This document shows, piece by piece, positions 53,239-63,433 of a DNA stretch of 64,000 nucleotides; the first letter of the stretch is position 1; the number at the start of each line of letters is the position of its first letter. Made by a program: the position numbers and the translations under genes. The notes beneath the pieces were generated by a model. That model saw nothing but the letters and a program-made list of their open reading frames with translations. It was not told the origin of the DNA and ran no database searches. The stretch is from a virus (Duplodnaviria; Caudoviricetes), in the IMG/VR virus record IMGVR_UViG_2706795039_000001, positions 32,001 through 96,000 of that record, one strand, 5' to 3'.

Positions 53239-55479
53239 TTACCTTATAGTAATAGAGCCGTTTTGCAGGTCTATTTTCATTTTGTAGTTAGCTTCTGGGT
53301 TCCCTGAGGTTACAGCAGGGTTGTCGTAGATTACGTTAACGCCTATCTTATTCAGGAATGCAGTGTCGGCTGCTATAGCATCAGCCGTGATGGTTCCATC
53401 AACAATAGCATCTCCATGAACCACCAGCGCAGCTGTAACCCAAGCTGTTCCATTATACCTTCTTGTAAATGCTATTTTGGCATCCGCAGAGTTAAACAGA
53501 GTTATCGCATCGTTAAGCACTGGCCCAGAACCAAATGTAGCTGTAAAGAAAGAGTTAGCTTCTGTGTCAGACCAAGCAGACAGAGAGGCTACCGGCTTCG
53601 CGTAAATGCCTGCGCCTCTGACACCGTCTGTGCCCTGCACCTGGGTTGCGACCGACCACGCACTACCACTAGCAACCGCATTTGTTAATGGGTCTATTAA
53701 TGCTGTAGAAAACCACAATACACCAGTTCCTGTAGCTTGGTCAGGTGTTTTGAACCAAGTGCTTGGTGGGTAAGCTGTACCTGTAGGTGTTGTAGGTTGT
53801 GAAGTAGACCTCTTATATACAAATCCAGTAAATACTCCATCATCACCAGAGTACTTAGCTGGTGTTGACCAGCTGCTTCCAGATTTAACAGTGTTAGTCT
53901 TAGAGTCTATAAGAGCTGTACTAACCCATATCGGTAATCCTGGCGAAGTCGATGAAGGCGCTGTAGTCCAACCACTTGGTGGGTATGCAGTACCTGTCGG
54001 CTTAGTAGGAGCGCTTGCCCCCTGTCTATACACACTAGCTAGGTAATCACCTTTTATCCCTTCACCAATAGAATATTCTCCACTAGGAGTTCCTATTACA
54101 ACATCACCTGAGATTAATAACTTTGAACCATCCCATCTTATGTACTTAGTAGAATCACCTAGGTCAAATCTAAATGACGTAGGGGTTACGTACCCCATCC
54201 AAATACCTTGGTTAGCGTTGCCATACGAAGTTTTTAAACTTGACCTAATGTGTGGTGCATCAGTACCCGTTAAGTTAGTAAGTACAAAATTAGCAGCGTT
54301 AATAGTATCGGCTATGACCCTACCATCTACGCTAATAGTGTTGCCTACTGGGTCTATTGATATAGGCGCTTTACCTTGAGCATCCAGCATACCAATGGAC
54401 ACAGCCCCGGTGGCCGCATCTATTCTGAAAGTCTGCTTCTTAACATTTGAGGCATCCTTGTAGTAGGCTAGGATGTGAGAATACGATACTTCTATATTAG
54501 TATCTACAGCACTCTCAGTATCCACAGGGGTTGAGGAGGTTAGTGTAAAGGTTGCCTGGTCTGATACGGTAAAGTTGGAGGCTGCTGGCCCCCAGGAGTA
54601 AGCAGTAACCCTAAACTTAAATGCCTTATTAAATGCAAAGCTAGAGATGGTTGCACTGGTAGCTGTACCAGAGTTTATAACAGCTGCTCTGCTCCAATCA
54701 GTTAGAGACGCATCCATAAACTGCAACACAAACTCTTTTGCATAAGAGCCACTACCTTGAGTAAAGCTCCAACTAACCTTTAAGTCATACCTCTCCACCC
54801 CGTCCTTTATTTTGAACACTTTGAACGTAGGGGTACCTGGCTTACTAGGCGGTGAGTAGGAGTACTGCACTGATATGTTAGCACTAGGTGGGGTAGTAAA
54901 GGTATCAAATGTACCGTCTGGCATTGCCACGATACCAACCAACTTGAAAACATAGTTGCCAGGGCTCAAAGGTATTAGTAAGTCCTGTCCAGCCGCTGGG
55001 GGAGCCCCCGAATATACTACATCATCGTTTGCCAGCACTTTTATTGAGTCGCTATATCCGGCTATCCTTATAGAAACCGCCGTACTGCCCACCCCAATGT
55101 CTGCTTGTTGGCTAACAACACTTATACTGGATAGGGAAGGGGTTTGTTTAGTAGTTACGCTTAATGCTGGCGAGAAATTTAAACCAAATTCCGAAGTTAG
55201 TAATTCGGAATCATACATTTGGTCGTAGAAAGCACCTAACACCTGATACTGGGTGTTAGGTGTTAGTGAGCCTATACTAACAAAGTTTGTGCCTGCACTA
55301 TTTTCAGTTAACTTAGAGTAAGCTCCGGTAGTGCCAGCCCTATACTTCCACACTTTACCTACTAAGTCTTTATCGCCAGTGCTAGTGTGGAAAACATGTA
55401 TTCTTGTGTACCCTGCGATAGCAGAGTATAGCCCCATTACGTCTGGGGCTATATTTTTTATAGTCATAATGTCGTCCAT
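53239..55479 (-). CDS. pb4: central straight fibre pb4-like
   Basis: FnIII-like domains, IKNIAPDVMGLYSAIAGY start; synteny. Confidence 0.8.
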   Translation of the reverse strand: MDDIMTIKNIAPDVMGLYSAIAGYTRIHVFHTSTGDKDLVGKVWKYRAGTTGAYSKLTENSAGTNFVSIGSLTPNTQYQVLGAFYDQMYDSELLTSEFGLNFSPALSVTTKQTPSLSSISVVSQQADIGVGSTAVSIRIAGYSDSIKVLANDDVVYSGAPPAAGQDLLIPLSPGNYVFKLVGIVAMPDGTFDTFTTPPSANISVQYSYSPPSKPGTPTFKVFKIKDGVERYDLKVSWSFTQGSGSYAKEFVLQFMDASLTDWSRAAVINSGTATSATISSFAFNKAFKFRVTAYSWGPAASNFTVSDQATFTLTSSTPVDTESAVDTNIEVSYSHILAYYKDASNVKKQTFRIDAATGAVSIGMLDAQGKAPISIDPVGNTISVDGRVIADTINAANFVLTNLTGTDAPHIRSSLKTSYGNANQGIWMGYVTPTSFRFDLGDSTKYIRWDGSKLLISGDVVIGTPSGEYSIGEGIKGDYLASVYRQGASAPTKPTGTAYPPSGWTTAPSSTSPGLPIWVSTALIDSKTNTVKSGSSWSTPAKYSGDDGVFTGFVYKRSTSQPTTPTGTAYPPSTWFKTPDQATGTGVLWFSTALIDPLTNAVASGSAWSVATQVQGTDGVRGAGIYAKPVASLSAWSDTEANSFFTATFGSGPVLNDAITLFNSADAKIAFTRRYNGTAWVTAALVVHGDAIVDGTITADAIAADTAFLNKIGVNVIYDNPAVTSGNPEANYKMKIDLQNGSITIR

Positions 55480-58319
55480 CCAACAGACTCAGCACCGCCA
55501 TCACCAATAGCTTTAATCCTGAAAGATAACTCTCTATAGAACCCTACAGCATTGGAGTTCGCGGCTTTGTAGTCGCTTTTGTTAAGCGCTAAAGTGTACG
55601 TATAGTTCTTGACTGTGCCTAACAGAGTTGCTGACCTAACTACAGTACCAGCAGGGGTAAGAACCTCTAGGATATAACGTATATTCGTTACTCCCCCAGA
55701 ATCAATGTCATCCCAGGCAAGTTGTATACTACTACCAATAAACTGGTCTACAGCATCAAATGAGTTAACTAATCTGAGGTTAGGCACTAGAGGCAAATTA
55801 ACACTTGGATTTATCTGCACAGTGATACTTGCAGGGGCACTCACCTGCCCAAGGCCGTTTACGGCCTTAACCTGGAAGGTGTATTCTCCACTAGCCAGAC
55901 CCATAATTTGGTATGAGTACTGACTTGGGGGAGTTCCTGCAGGCACTGAGACAGTAAACACCTCTGTGGAGCCCGTCATTCTTATCGAGTAATACGTTAC
56001 GTTATTGCTAAGTGAAGCATTCCATACTAACACACCTTGTAGACCTTCTGGAGACCCAGACGGTGCCACATCATACCTTAGGTTAGTAGGTGGTAGTACG
56101 TTTACAGGTAGTGTAGGGTTTTGACCGTCACTACCGTCCGATTGAGGAGAATTTAGAAACGCATCTGGAGAGTACTCCCTAGCCACTACAGCTATACTAC
56201 CATCCCTGCTCCACTTTAGCTCTTCTATCAAGAACTGCTTCTTGTCCCAATTGTACCTAGGTACTGTAAGTGTTATAAACTTGTTAGGTACTAAGTCAGC
56301 AAAGTAGAATGGTAGACTGAAACTAGCCTCTTTTGTCAACCTAGATTTTCTAAGCAGTCTCTCAGCCCTAGTCCTAGCGGTATAGTAGTTAGTGATAAAC
56401 GGAAACGCAAAGTTGCCTTTGTTCTCTATATTACTATCCTCTTCTAAGTATTGAGAGTTGAAGAAGGTTACTGTATTCGTGTTCCAACCCATAGCAGGGT
56501 CGCTCAAGGATGCTTGAATCGCATTATACTTGTTAGTGTTACTTATGTCTGTTAAACTAAAAGTCCCTGTTTTTATATCATCAATGTGTATGTCTGCTAT
56601 AGGAGCAGACTGAGCTTCTACAGTGTAGACGTAGTTGCCATTAATGACATTGAGAGATGCGTCAGCTTGAGATAGTATTGCTTGCAAGTTTTTGAAAATG
56701 TCTTTGCTGGCGTCCAGGAAGGCACTACCCTGCACTATTTTTCTATTTGAATTTAGTGGAGCATCCCATCCTAAGTATCTCCAGTAAGGAACCCAACTAG
56801 ACTGGTAGGAAGAGTCTATAGCATCCATTAAAACAGCAGCATCATAGAAGGATTTAACAGGAACAAACTCACCAGGTACTCCAGCCCCAAAGATAGGGTT
56901 AGTAAGGTAGTCTAATGTTTGCCAAGCAAAGTTTAGACTAGTTTTGTTATCAGACACTACTGCTCCGCTAGCATTGTAGGTCTTAACTTTTCTACCTAGT
57001 AACTCCGCCTCTATGCTTGGCAGATTCATCCTTTCAGCACCTAAATTCATTCTAACTACAACATAGGCGGTATCAAGTAGCTTAAAATTGGAGTCCCAGT
57101 ATTCTGGGCCCTGCCCTGACGTCCTCTGAATTACGAAGCCTGGCCCAGCGGCCCTATTTACTAGTACTGGACATGCTGTTTGATTGCTTTTACCATGGTA
57201 TACCCAGAAGTCTATGATTCCAGCCCCATCATTGTAAGAGTACTGCTGGCCATGTATTGAAGGGGCTGTTCTGTCAGAAGAAGGTGCACCGTTGATAGGT
57301 GTTGCTACAGAGATCGTATCTCCTGCAAAACGTTTATTACCTATACAGACCCTAGATTGGGAGTCCTCTGGGGACACACAGATTATAGGCTTATCATCTA
57401 TATAAAAATCTAGGAACCCTTCAATCTCTCCCTCACAGAACGCGTAAACTGCCCATACTTCATTACTATCTTCGAAAGACGTATCAACAAATACAGGTAT
57501 ACCTCCAACGCGCTGTGCACCATACACTACAGGTAGGTATTTGGCAGTGAGGTTAATATCTAGGTCTAACTCCTTATTTACTGTTTCCCAGACCTCTACT
57601 GTTTCGTAATTCTTTCCACCCAGGAGACCTCCCAAACCTCCAGCCCTTTTAGACTGGAGCTTATATCTCTTTTCCTGAGTTTGATACTGCGCTAGTACAT
57701 TAACAGACTTATTAGCATGGAAGAAACCTTTGTCTGTCTTGTATTCTAGTTTCTTTGCTGAGTCAGAAGGAACCATTTGCCCGCTAACAGACACCAGCCC
57801 TCTATGAGAAGCGTCATCTGTGATTCTGCCGTTAACCCTTATCAAGCTACCAGCTAGAGAGGATGCTGTCCAAACTATGTCCGACTTACTAGTTGAGGTT
57901 AGAGACAGGCTATCTCGGATAGTCATAGAAGTCAATCTACCATTGAAGTAAATAATACCTCCGGTGGCGGTGACATACTCAACTTCATCGTTGTAGTTAA
58001 GAAATACTCTAGTAACTTTGACTATCTTACCTAAGTAGGCTGAGGACTGTAATGCCCTTGCTAACTCAACTGAGTCAGCTCCCGTTACTGTAATACTTAA
58101 CTCATAGTTGGTTAGTTCTTTAGTTTGCCTAATCTCACCTATGCTCTTTATTCTGCCAGAGGAGTAGGTAGCTCCGTTAAAACTAATATCTTTTCTATAA
58201 TCCGTGTAGTATAGAAAAGAGTTACCATCTCCTGGCAGCTGTAGCTCAACTAAGTGAGCCATATTTATAGAGCTAGAGTTTTTTAAGAACTCTTTGCCAG
58301 AAGGTAATAACACTGTCAT
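55464..58319 (-). CDS. pb3: baseplate hub pb3-like
   Basis: 951 aa, LPVVYG, CEGEI, C-terminal FnIII; synteny. Confidence 0.85.
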   Translation of the reverse strand: MTVLLPSGKEFLKNSSSINMAHLVELQLPGDGNSFLYYTDYRKDISFNGATYSSGRIKSIGEIRQTKELTNYELSITVTGADSVELARALQSSAYLGKIVKVTRVFLNYNDEVEYVTATGGIIYFNGRLTSMTIRDSLSLTSTSKSDIVWTASSLAGSLIRVNGRITDDASHRGLVSVSGQMVPSDSAKKLEYKTDKGFFHANKSVNVLAQYQTQEKRYKLQSKRAGGLGGLLGGKNYETVEVWETVNKELDLDINLTAKYLPVVYGAQRVGGIPVFVDTSFEDSNEVWAVYAFCEGEIEGFLDFYIDDKPIICVSPEDSQSRVCIGNKRFAGDTISVATPINGAPSSDRTAPSIHGQQYSYNDGAGIIDFWVYHGKSNQTACPVLVNRAAGPGFVIQRTSGQGPEYWDSNFKLLDTAYVVVRMNLGAERMNLPSIEAELLGRKVKTYNASGAVVSDNKTSLNFAWQTLDYLTNPIFGAGVPGEFVPVKSFYDAAVLMDAIDSSYQSSWVPYWRYLGWDAPLNSNRKIVQGSAFLDASKDIFKNLQAILSQADASLNVINGNYVYTVEAQSAPIADIHIDDIKTGTFSLTDISNTNKYNAIQASLSDPAMGWNTNTVTFFNSQYLEEDSNIENKGNFAFPFITNYYTARTRAERLLRKSRLTKEASFSLPFYFADLVPNKFITLTVPRYNWDKKQFLIEELKWSRDGSIAVVAREYSPDAFLNSPQSDGSDGQNPTLPVNVLPPTNLRYDVAPSGSPEGLQGVLVWNASLSNNVTYYSIRMTGSTEVFTVSVPAGTPPSQYSYQIMGLASGEYTFQVKAVNGLGQVSAPASITVQINPSVNLPLVPNLRLVNSFDAVDQFIGSSIQLAWDDIDSGGVTNIRYILEVLTPAGTVVRSATLLGTVKNYTYTLALNKSDYKAANSNAVGFYRELSFRIKAIGDGGAESVGWTTL

Positions 58320-58936
58320 ACTGCCTCTCTAAGTGTGTAACTGACGTCTGTATACATACCATCTACATTTAGGTTTTCCTGAATGGATGTTCTGCCTACT
58401 AGCTTCATGTTAAATAATAGATTATTGAATACTGGTTTTTCAGTACCATTAGTAGTTATCAGCAAGTTTGGGTATAACTCCAGCCTTAACTGACTAGGGC
58501 TTACTCTCTCAAAATCAACTATTTTGTAAACCTTCTCATGCGTAGATAATTTAAATAAGTCACCTACATGGGGGTTCCCAGACAACCCGCTAGCATTATT
58601 TATGACTAGAGTATTACCTTTTTGACCAGCCGCTATAGTAGTCAAAGACTCGTTACCGATAACATGCATGTTAAGGTATTGAGGAAGCGCTACTTGTATT
58701 ACCCCATCTGTGTTCTTTGCTTTCATTATAGCAGAGGAGATAATCTTGTATTCGTCGGGGTATAGTGGTGGGTATGTAATCGTAAGACCCCAGTACTGGG
58801 TAGAGGTCTTCACCTCTAGTACCTTGCCGTTAGGTAATTCATCTTGTATTAATGGCTCATAGTCTGTAAGAGGAGCCGATAAAAATCCAGGAACCATACC
58901 GGGATGAGTGAAAGGGTCTGGAAGTCTAACTGCCAT
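58316..58936 (-). CDS. pb9: distal tail protein pb9-like
   Basis: RLPDPFTHP start, 206 aa; synteny. Confidence 0.85.
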   Translation of the reverse strand: MAVRLPDPFTHPGMVPGFLSAPLTDYEPLIQDELPNGKVLEVKTSTQYWGLTITYPPLYPDEYKIISSAIMKAKNTDGVIQVALPQYLNMHVIGNESLTTIAAGQKGNTLVINNASGLSGNPHVGDLFKLSTHEKVYKIVDFERVSPSQLRLELYPNLLITTNGTEKPVFNNLLFNMKLVGRTSIQENLNVDGMYTDVSYTLREAV

Positions 58937-59020
58937 GTATCCTCCTATTTATAAGGCTAAGCTGGAAACAAGCCGCTTAGCCCAGTCATTGGCCGTTGTC
59001 ATATTCTATTTAATATATAA

Positions 59021-59049
59021 ATTATAGCAATATATTTGTGTAGATGCAA
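59021..59049 (-). promoter_or_regulatory. internal promoter for tail-tip genes
   Basis: TTGCAT-N17-TATAAT, downstream of terminator hairpin 59067-59092. Confidence 0.7.
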
Positions 59050-59099
59050 CGGAAGTTTTTGGGTATAAAAAGGGGAACCCTTAGGTTCCCTTAATTAAG

Positions 59100-62000
59100 T
59101 TAAGATAATCTATCTAGGCTTTGCCCTCGACGTTTTGCCTCGTGGTTTACTGCTTCGTAGATTTCAGTGGCTCGGTCAATCACTGACTGTGCATCCAGTG
59201 CCTGTATAACCATCTGACCTATCATAGCAGTTGAAGACCTAGCGGATGAACTGTTAGAGTCTTCAGCTCTTTCAATATTAATCGGACTTAGTGGTGTAAT
59301 CCTTTCTGGCCCGTTTTCCCCAACTATTAAACTAGAGTAAGGAGTGCCGGTACCTCCAGCTGCCCTAGGAGAGAAGGAGTTTGCAGAACCAACGCCCCTT
59401 TCTCCTCGAATGAATGCTAGTTCACCCATTGAAGCATTCTTAGATACATCAATGTTATTCTCTCTATTGCCTACTGTAAGGGAGGCTTGACTTAGGCCAG
59501 CTTCATTTAACCCTGCAAGTTGGTTTGCAGAGGCTGAAGAGGCTTGAGCGTACGCTAGGCCACCTGCTAGGGCAGCTGCCGCCATCAATGGTATAGCTGG
59601 TAATGGCCAAGGGTTAGCAGCGGCGCTCATAACAGCTACGGCTGTAGAGATAAGAATCTGCTGTTGGGCAGCTTTCTTCTGCTCTCTTATCTTCTTCTCT
59701 TCAAGTGATTTGATCCTTGCCAGAGATTCCTTAGATTTACCATCCCTCTTCTGCTCAGCCGCTATTTGAGCCTCAATAGAGGACACAGTTTGAGCACTAG
59801 TATAAGCTAACATACCTTGGAAAGCTTGTAGGCCTACCCCCGTCATCTGCATAGCTGTCATACTTGTTTCACCAACTTGGTTAAATGATAGAGACAACTT
59901 GTTCAGGGAGTTGGTAAGTTGGTCTATTCCAGTACCATAAGAGAATAGGTTACTTAGAGAGGACTCCATAATGCCCATATACTCTTGTAACCTAGCAGCA
60001 TTAATATCATTTTGAATCTGCCTGATTCTGATAGCGGACTGCTCCTGGGCTTCTTGGCTACCCTCGATACCTTTTAGAAGCTCTAACCTCTGCTTCTCAA
60101 TCGCTAGCAAGTCCTTAGTAAGTAGTAGGCCTGGCCCACTAGCCCTCAGAATTTCCTGCTCGGTGATTGTTCTTTGAGTAGCTGCGTCAACACGCTTAAT
60201 ATCAATATCAAGCATTTTAACTCTTAGGTCAGCAGCTTTACCGTATAGGGCTGCTAACTTAGACTCCTCAACTCCAATATCCTTAGAGGCCTGTAGCAGC
60301 ATCTCTGTAGCAGCCAGCTCCTTACCGGTGGATACTCTTTCGATGTCTAAAGCGTCGCTACCAGTAAGACGCATTAACTCTTCGGTAACAGGGTTACTAC
60401 CCGCTAACGCTTCACCGAACTCTTTGGCTTCTTTATACGCTTTAGCTAAATCCCTAGCATTGTATAGAGCAGCTTCTGAGCTGAATTGAAGACTTGTCAG
60501 TGCTTTTGACAAATCGGCAAGTGGGTCTGAGTTTTTAATAGCCTCATACGCTTTGACTATGTTGTCTATGTTCGTATACAATACAACATACGACTCAGAC
60601 TGTCCTTTTATAGAAGTTAGTCCCTTGTCGTACTCATCTACTGTACCTCGAACAACCGAAGTAAGGTTAGCGTAAGCATTAGAAGCTTTCTCTATATTAG
60701 GTGCACCTAGATCAGTAGATGCCATCGCCTCTACAATAGCTTTAATAGACCTATCGAGAGCGCTAAGTTGGTCATTATATCTGTTTTTATCCCCTAGAAT
60801 ATTCCAAGACTTGTCCGGGCCGGTCTCAATTAGCTTATCTCTTTCTTTAGTAAGGCGTTCTAACTCCTTACTCATTTCTAGGATGACGCCTAATTGACCT
60901 GACCTCTCTGTTGCCTGTGCTAAGGAGCCTAATAGTGCTTGGTTTTGTTCTAGTATCCTAGCTGCTTTATTATTCTTCTCATCTATAGTGTTAAAGAATT
61001 CCGCAATACCTGAAGTAGCCTCGGAAATGTTTTTCATCAAACGTTGCCATGCGCTAGCAGCATTTGCCCCAAACTTCTCCCAAGGAGCTCCATCCCTAAG
61101 TGTTGCGTCTAAAGCCCCGAACCTCTCTACCGACTGCCTATTAATCTCGTTAACTAGAGCAGCTCGCTGTTGGTAATCGTTCAAACTGTCTGCGGATACA
61201 CCAATTGACCTAGCATATTTTTCATACGCTGTTTGTAGCTTGGTGGTAATACCTAATTCGTCTAGTAGTTCTATCTCTAGCTTAGAGGTACCACGAACAA
61301 CCCTGTTCATCGCATCCTGCATGTCAATACCCAAGGCTATGGAAGCTCTACGTGCGGCCATTGTTAGTTGGTCTATTTGCTCAGAGTTAAAGCCATAAGA
61401 CGCTGCAGCAGCAGCTTGCCTGATAGCATCCCCATAGCTAAGGGCATACCCAGTAAGCTCCTGCATATTTCTAGCAATGAACTGTACAGGAGTACCTAGC
61501 TGGCCTCCAAGAATTGTACCTACCTTCTCTAACCTACTTAACTGCTCACCCTCTGTAAGTAAGCGGTAAGCTTCAGCCAAAGCGAAGGCGTTAGCTGCGA
61601 TGTTAGCGTAGATTAGTGGTAATGGCCCAGCTACCCTAGCAATATCAGAGAACGTCCTGGCATTATTCCGTCCTTGCCTGTTCTGGTTCGCCATAGCCCT
61701 AGCGGAGCGAGTAGCTCCGGCAGTGACCGATTCCATTTTATCGCCAGTTCTCTTAGCTTCTGTACCTACGTCATACAGCCCGTCCTGAATCCTTTCCAGA
61801 TCTACACCCAAGCTTTCAGCTAGGAAAGAGAAACCTTTAATCAGGTCATTATTAACTCTAGTTAGAGACTCGTTAAAGTCCACAGCCTCTATTGCTACAG
61901 TTTCTAAAAGCCCTTCTATATTGGATAGGCTAGAGGTAATGGAATCCGAGTTAAATCCGAAGTTTAGGTTGGATAATCTCCTAGAGGCTTCAGAGGCGGA

Positions 62001-62174
62001 TACCGAAAGCTTATTAAGGTTCTTATCCATTAGCCTTATTTGAGTATTAAACTCAAAGGCGTCGTTTTCTATTTGCTGTATAGTAGCAGATAGAGCTTCA
62101 AGGGACTTTTTACCTTTCTCAGCCCCCTGAACGCTCACCTTAACTATTAGCCGTTCGATAAGTCTTTCGGCCAT
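59100..62174 (-). CDS. pb2: tape measure protein pb2-like
   Basis: helical, EIELLDELGI, C-terminal hydrophobic segment, VGENGPE. Confidence 0.9.
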   Translation of the reverse strand: MAERLIERLIVKVSVQGAEKGKKSLEALSATIQQIENDAFEFNTQIRLMDKNLNKLSVSASEASRRLSNLNFGFNSDSITSSLSNIEGLLETVAIEAVDFNESLTRVNNDLIKGFSFLAESLGVDLERIQDGLYDVGTEAKRTGDKMESVTAGATRSARAMANQNRQGRNNARTFSDIARVAGPLPLIYANIAANAFALAEAYRLLTEGEQLSRLEKVGTILGGQLGTPVQFIARNMQELTGYALSYGDAIRQAAAAASYGFNSEQIDQLTMAARRASIALGIDMQDAMNRVVRGTSKLEIELLDELGITTKLQTAYEKYARSIGVSADSLNDYQQRAALVNEINRQSVERFGALDATLRDGAPWEKFGANAASAWQRLMKNISEATSGIAEFFNTIDEKNNKAARILEQNQALLGSLAQATERSGQLGVILEMSKELERLTKERDKLIETGPDKSWNILGDKNRYNDQLSALDRSIKAIVEAMASTDLGAPNIEKASNAYANLTSVVRGTVDEYDKGLTSIKGQSESYVVLYTNIDNIVKAYEAIKNSDPLADLSKALTSLQFSSEAALYNARDLAKAYKEAKEFGEALAGSNPVTEELMRLTGSDALDIERVSTGKELAATEMLLQASKDIGVEESKLAALYGKAADLRVKMLDIDIKRVDAATQRTITEQEILRASGPGLLLTKDLLAIEKQRLELLKGIEGSQEAQEQSAIRIRQIQNDINAARLQEYMGIMESSLSNLFSYGTGIDQLTNSLNKLSLSFNQVGETSMTAMQMTGVGLQAFQGMLAYTSAQTVSSIEAQIAAEQKRDGKSKESLARIKSLEEKKIREQKKAAQQQILISTAVAVMSAAANPWPLPAIPLMAAAALAGGLAYAQASSASANQLAGLNEAGLSQASLTVGNRENNIDVSKNASMGELAFIRGERGVGSANSFSPRAAGGTGTPYSSLIVGENGPERITPLSPINIERAEDSNSSSARSSTAMIGQMVIQALDAQSVIDRATEIYEAVNHEAKRRGQSLDRLS

Positions 62175-62186
62175 CTATTCACCACC

Positions 62187-62942
62187 TTATGATAGTTTGA
62201 TGTTTCTGATATAGCTTGGGTCAGCACCAACACCGACAGTTAACTGGGTTACCATATTGGTCTTGCCAGAACCAGCCTGCCTGTCTTTTTCAACGCCGTA
62301 AATGGAACCACCATATGCCACACCTTGAGTGTGTAGAACAACCATACTTGCGTCAGACATTCCAGCAATAGGCACTAACTTAACACACCCTTCTTTTACT
62401 AGCTCTTTGTGTGCTGCCGTCATAGAACCTAATACAGCTACATAGGTTGGCCAAGACATTAGGGCTAGTAGTTGGCCGTCTACGGCCAGAACCTGGTAGC
62501 TCATAGACTCTAGGGCACTAAGGATAGTATCAAAAGTTTTAGCTGTGGGCACGCCAGGATTTACAGGGAAGTTGGTTTCGTTTGACAGATAATCCGCAAT
62601 ATAGTTCTCAAATTTTATTGCAGCCTGAGATATTAAAAGACTGTCCAACACCTGCTCGATATTAACCATAGTATCTTCATCAGTCTCGTCTGTAAGCTCT
62701 GCTACGGATGAAATTAGCTCTTTCACAATGTCAATAGCCCCTACAGTGAAAGTTGTTGCAGTGTCATCAGGTACCTTGACAAAAGGTATATGCGTATACT
62801 TACCGGTTAGAGTAACTTTTCGAATGGTTTTTAATGCCATACTATTGTCGATAGTTGACTGTAGTAGTGCTTCAACTTTGTGAGTTGCCTCAGGGGCTAC
62901 AGTAATAGACTTCTGATAGTCTTTAAAATTCTTGATAGTCAT
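62187..62942 (-). CDS. HK97-fold major-capsid-like protein (short), inside tail operon
   Basis: pattern P...NSMALKTIRKV...IP, ELTDETDEDTMVNIEQVL...AIKFE, TFDTIL, LMSWPTY, EKDR...G. Confidence 0.55.
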   Translation of the reverse strand: MTIKNFKDYQKSITVAPEATHKVEALLQSTIDNSMALKTIRKVTLTGKYTHIPFVKVPDDTATTFTVGAIDIVKELISSVAELTDETDEDTMVNIEQVLDSLLISQAAIKFENYIADYLSNETNFPVNPGVPTAKTFDTILSALESMSYQVLAVDGQLLALMSWPTYVAVLGSMTAAHKELVKEGCVKLVPIAGMSDASMVVLHTQGVAYGGSIYGVEKDRQAGSGKTNMVTQLTVGVGADPSYIRNIKLS

Positions 62943-62958
62943 TATGAGTTTTCTCCTA

Positions 62959-62988
62959 ATAAAAAGCTCTGAGGGGGTACCTCAGAGC
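62959..62988 (-). terminator. terminator after tail chaperones
   Basis: GCTCTGAGG/CCTCAGAGC plus TTTTTATT. Confidence 0.65.
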
Positions 62989-63025
62989 AAACTCGTGGAA
63001 ATGCCCTTGAGGACTCTGTAACTAC

Positions 63026-63433
63026 TTACTGACGAGAAGCCTTCTTAGCAGCGGCTTTGAATCGCTTAACTTCGCGCTCTACTGCCTTCTTGTCAATAAA
63101 TTGTAGAATTTCCAAAATTAATTTTTGATCTTCCTTATCATAAATTTCATAGATAGAGAAGAGAGTATCTAGGCTATTTATATCCTTACCAGAGTACAGA
63201 GGACCTAACTCGGTCGAAACCAATCTATCAGGCAACCTATTATATAAGTTAACAGCAGTCTGTACAATATCTGGAAAGTCTTCAAGCTCTAGAGGCATGA
63301 GGTTTGGGTCAGGCTTTGTATTTTCCAAGGCACATATCTTCAAGTAACGTGCCTTGGTAAATGAATTTTGCCTATCTAGTAGAGTCTCAAGACTCTTGAA
63401 CAGGTGATTTTTCCCTTTTTGTACGAAACCCAC
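63026..63433 (-). CDS. tail assembly chaperone, frameshifted C-terminal part
   Basis: overlaps upstream chaperone in the +1 frame; precedes TMP. Confidence 0.8.
   Translation of the reverse strand: MGFVQKGKNHLFKSLETLLDRQNSFTKARYLKICALENTKPDPNLMPLELEDFPDIVQTAVNLYNRLPDRLVSTELGPLYSGKDINSLDTLFSIYEIYDKEDQKLILEILQFIDKKAVEREVKRFKAAAKKASRQ

Noticed and set aside
25607-61176. Many short ORFs antisense to or nested in replication and tail genes
   Set aside because: Shadow frames of well-supported genes
63408-63420. -1 slippery site GGGAAAA
   Set aside because: The -1 frame reaches TAG within about a dozen codons; the long ORF is in +1
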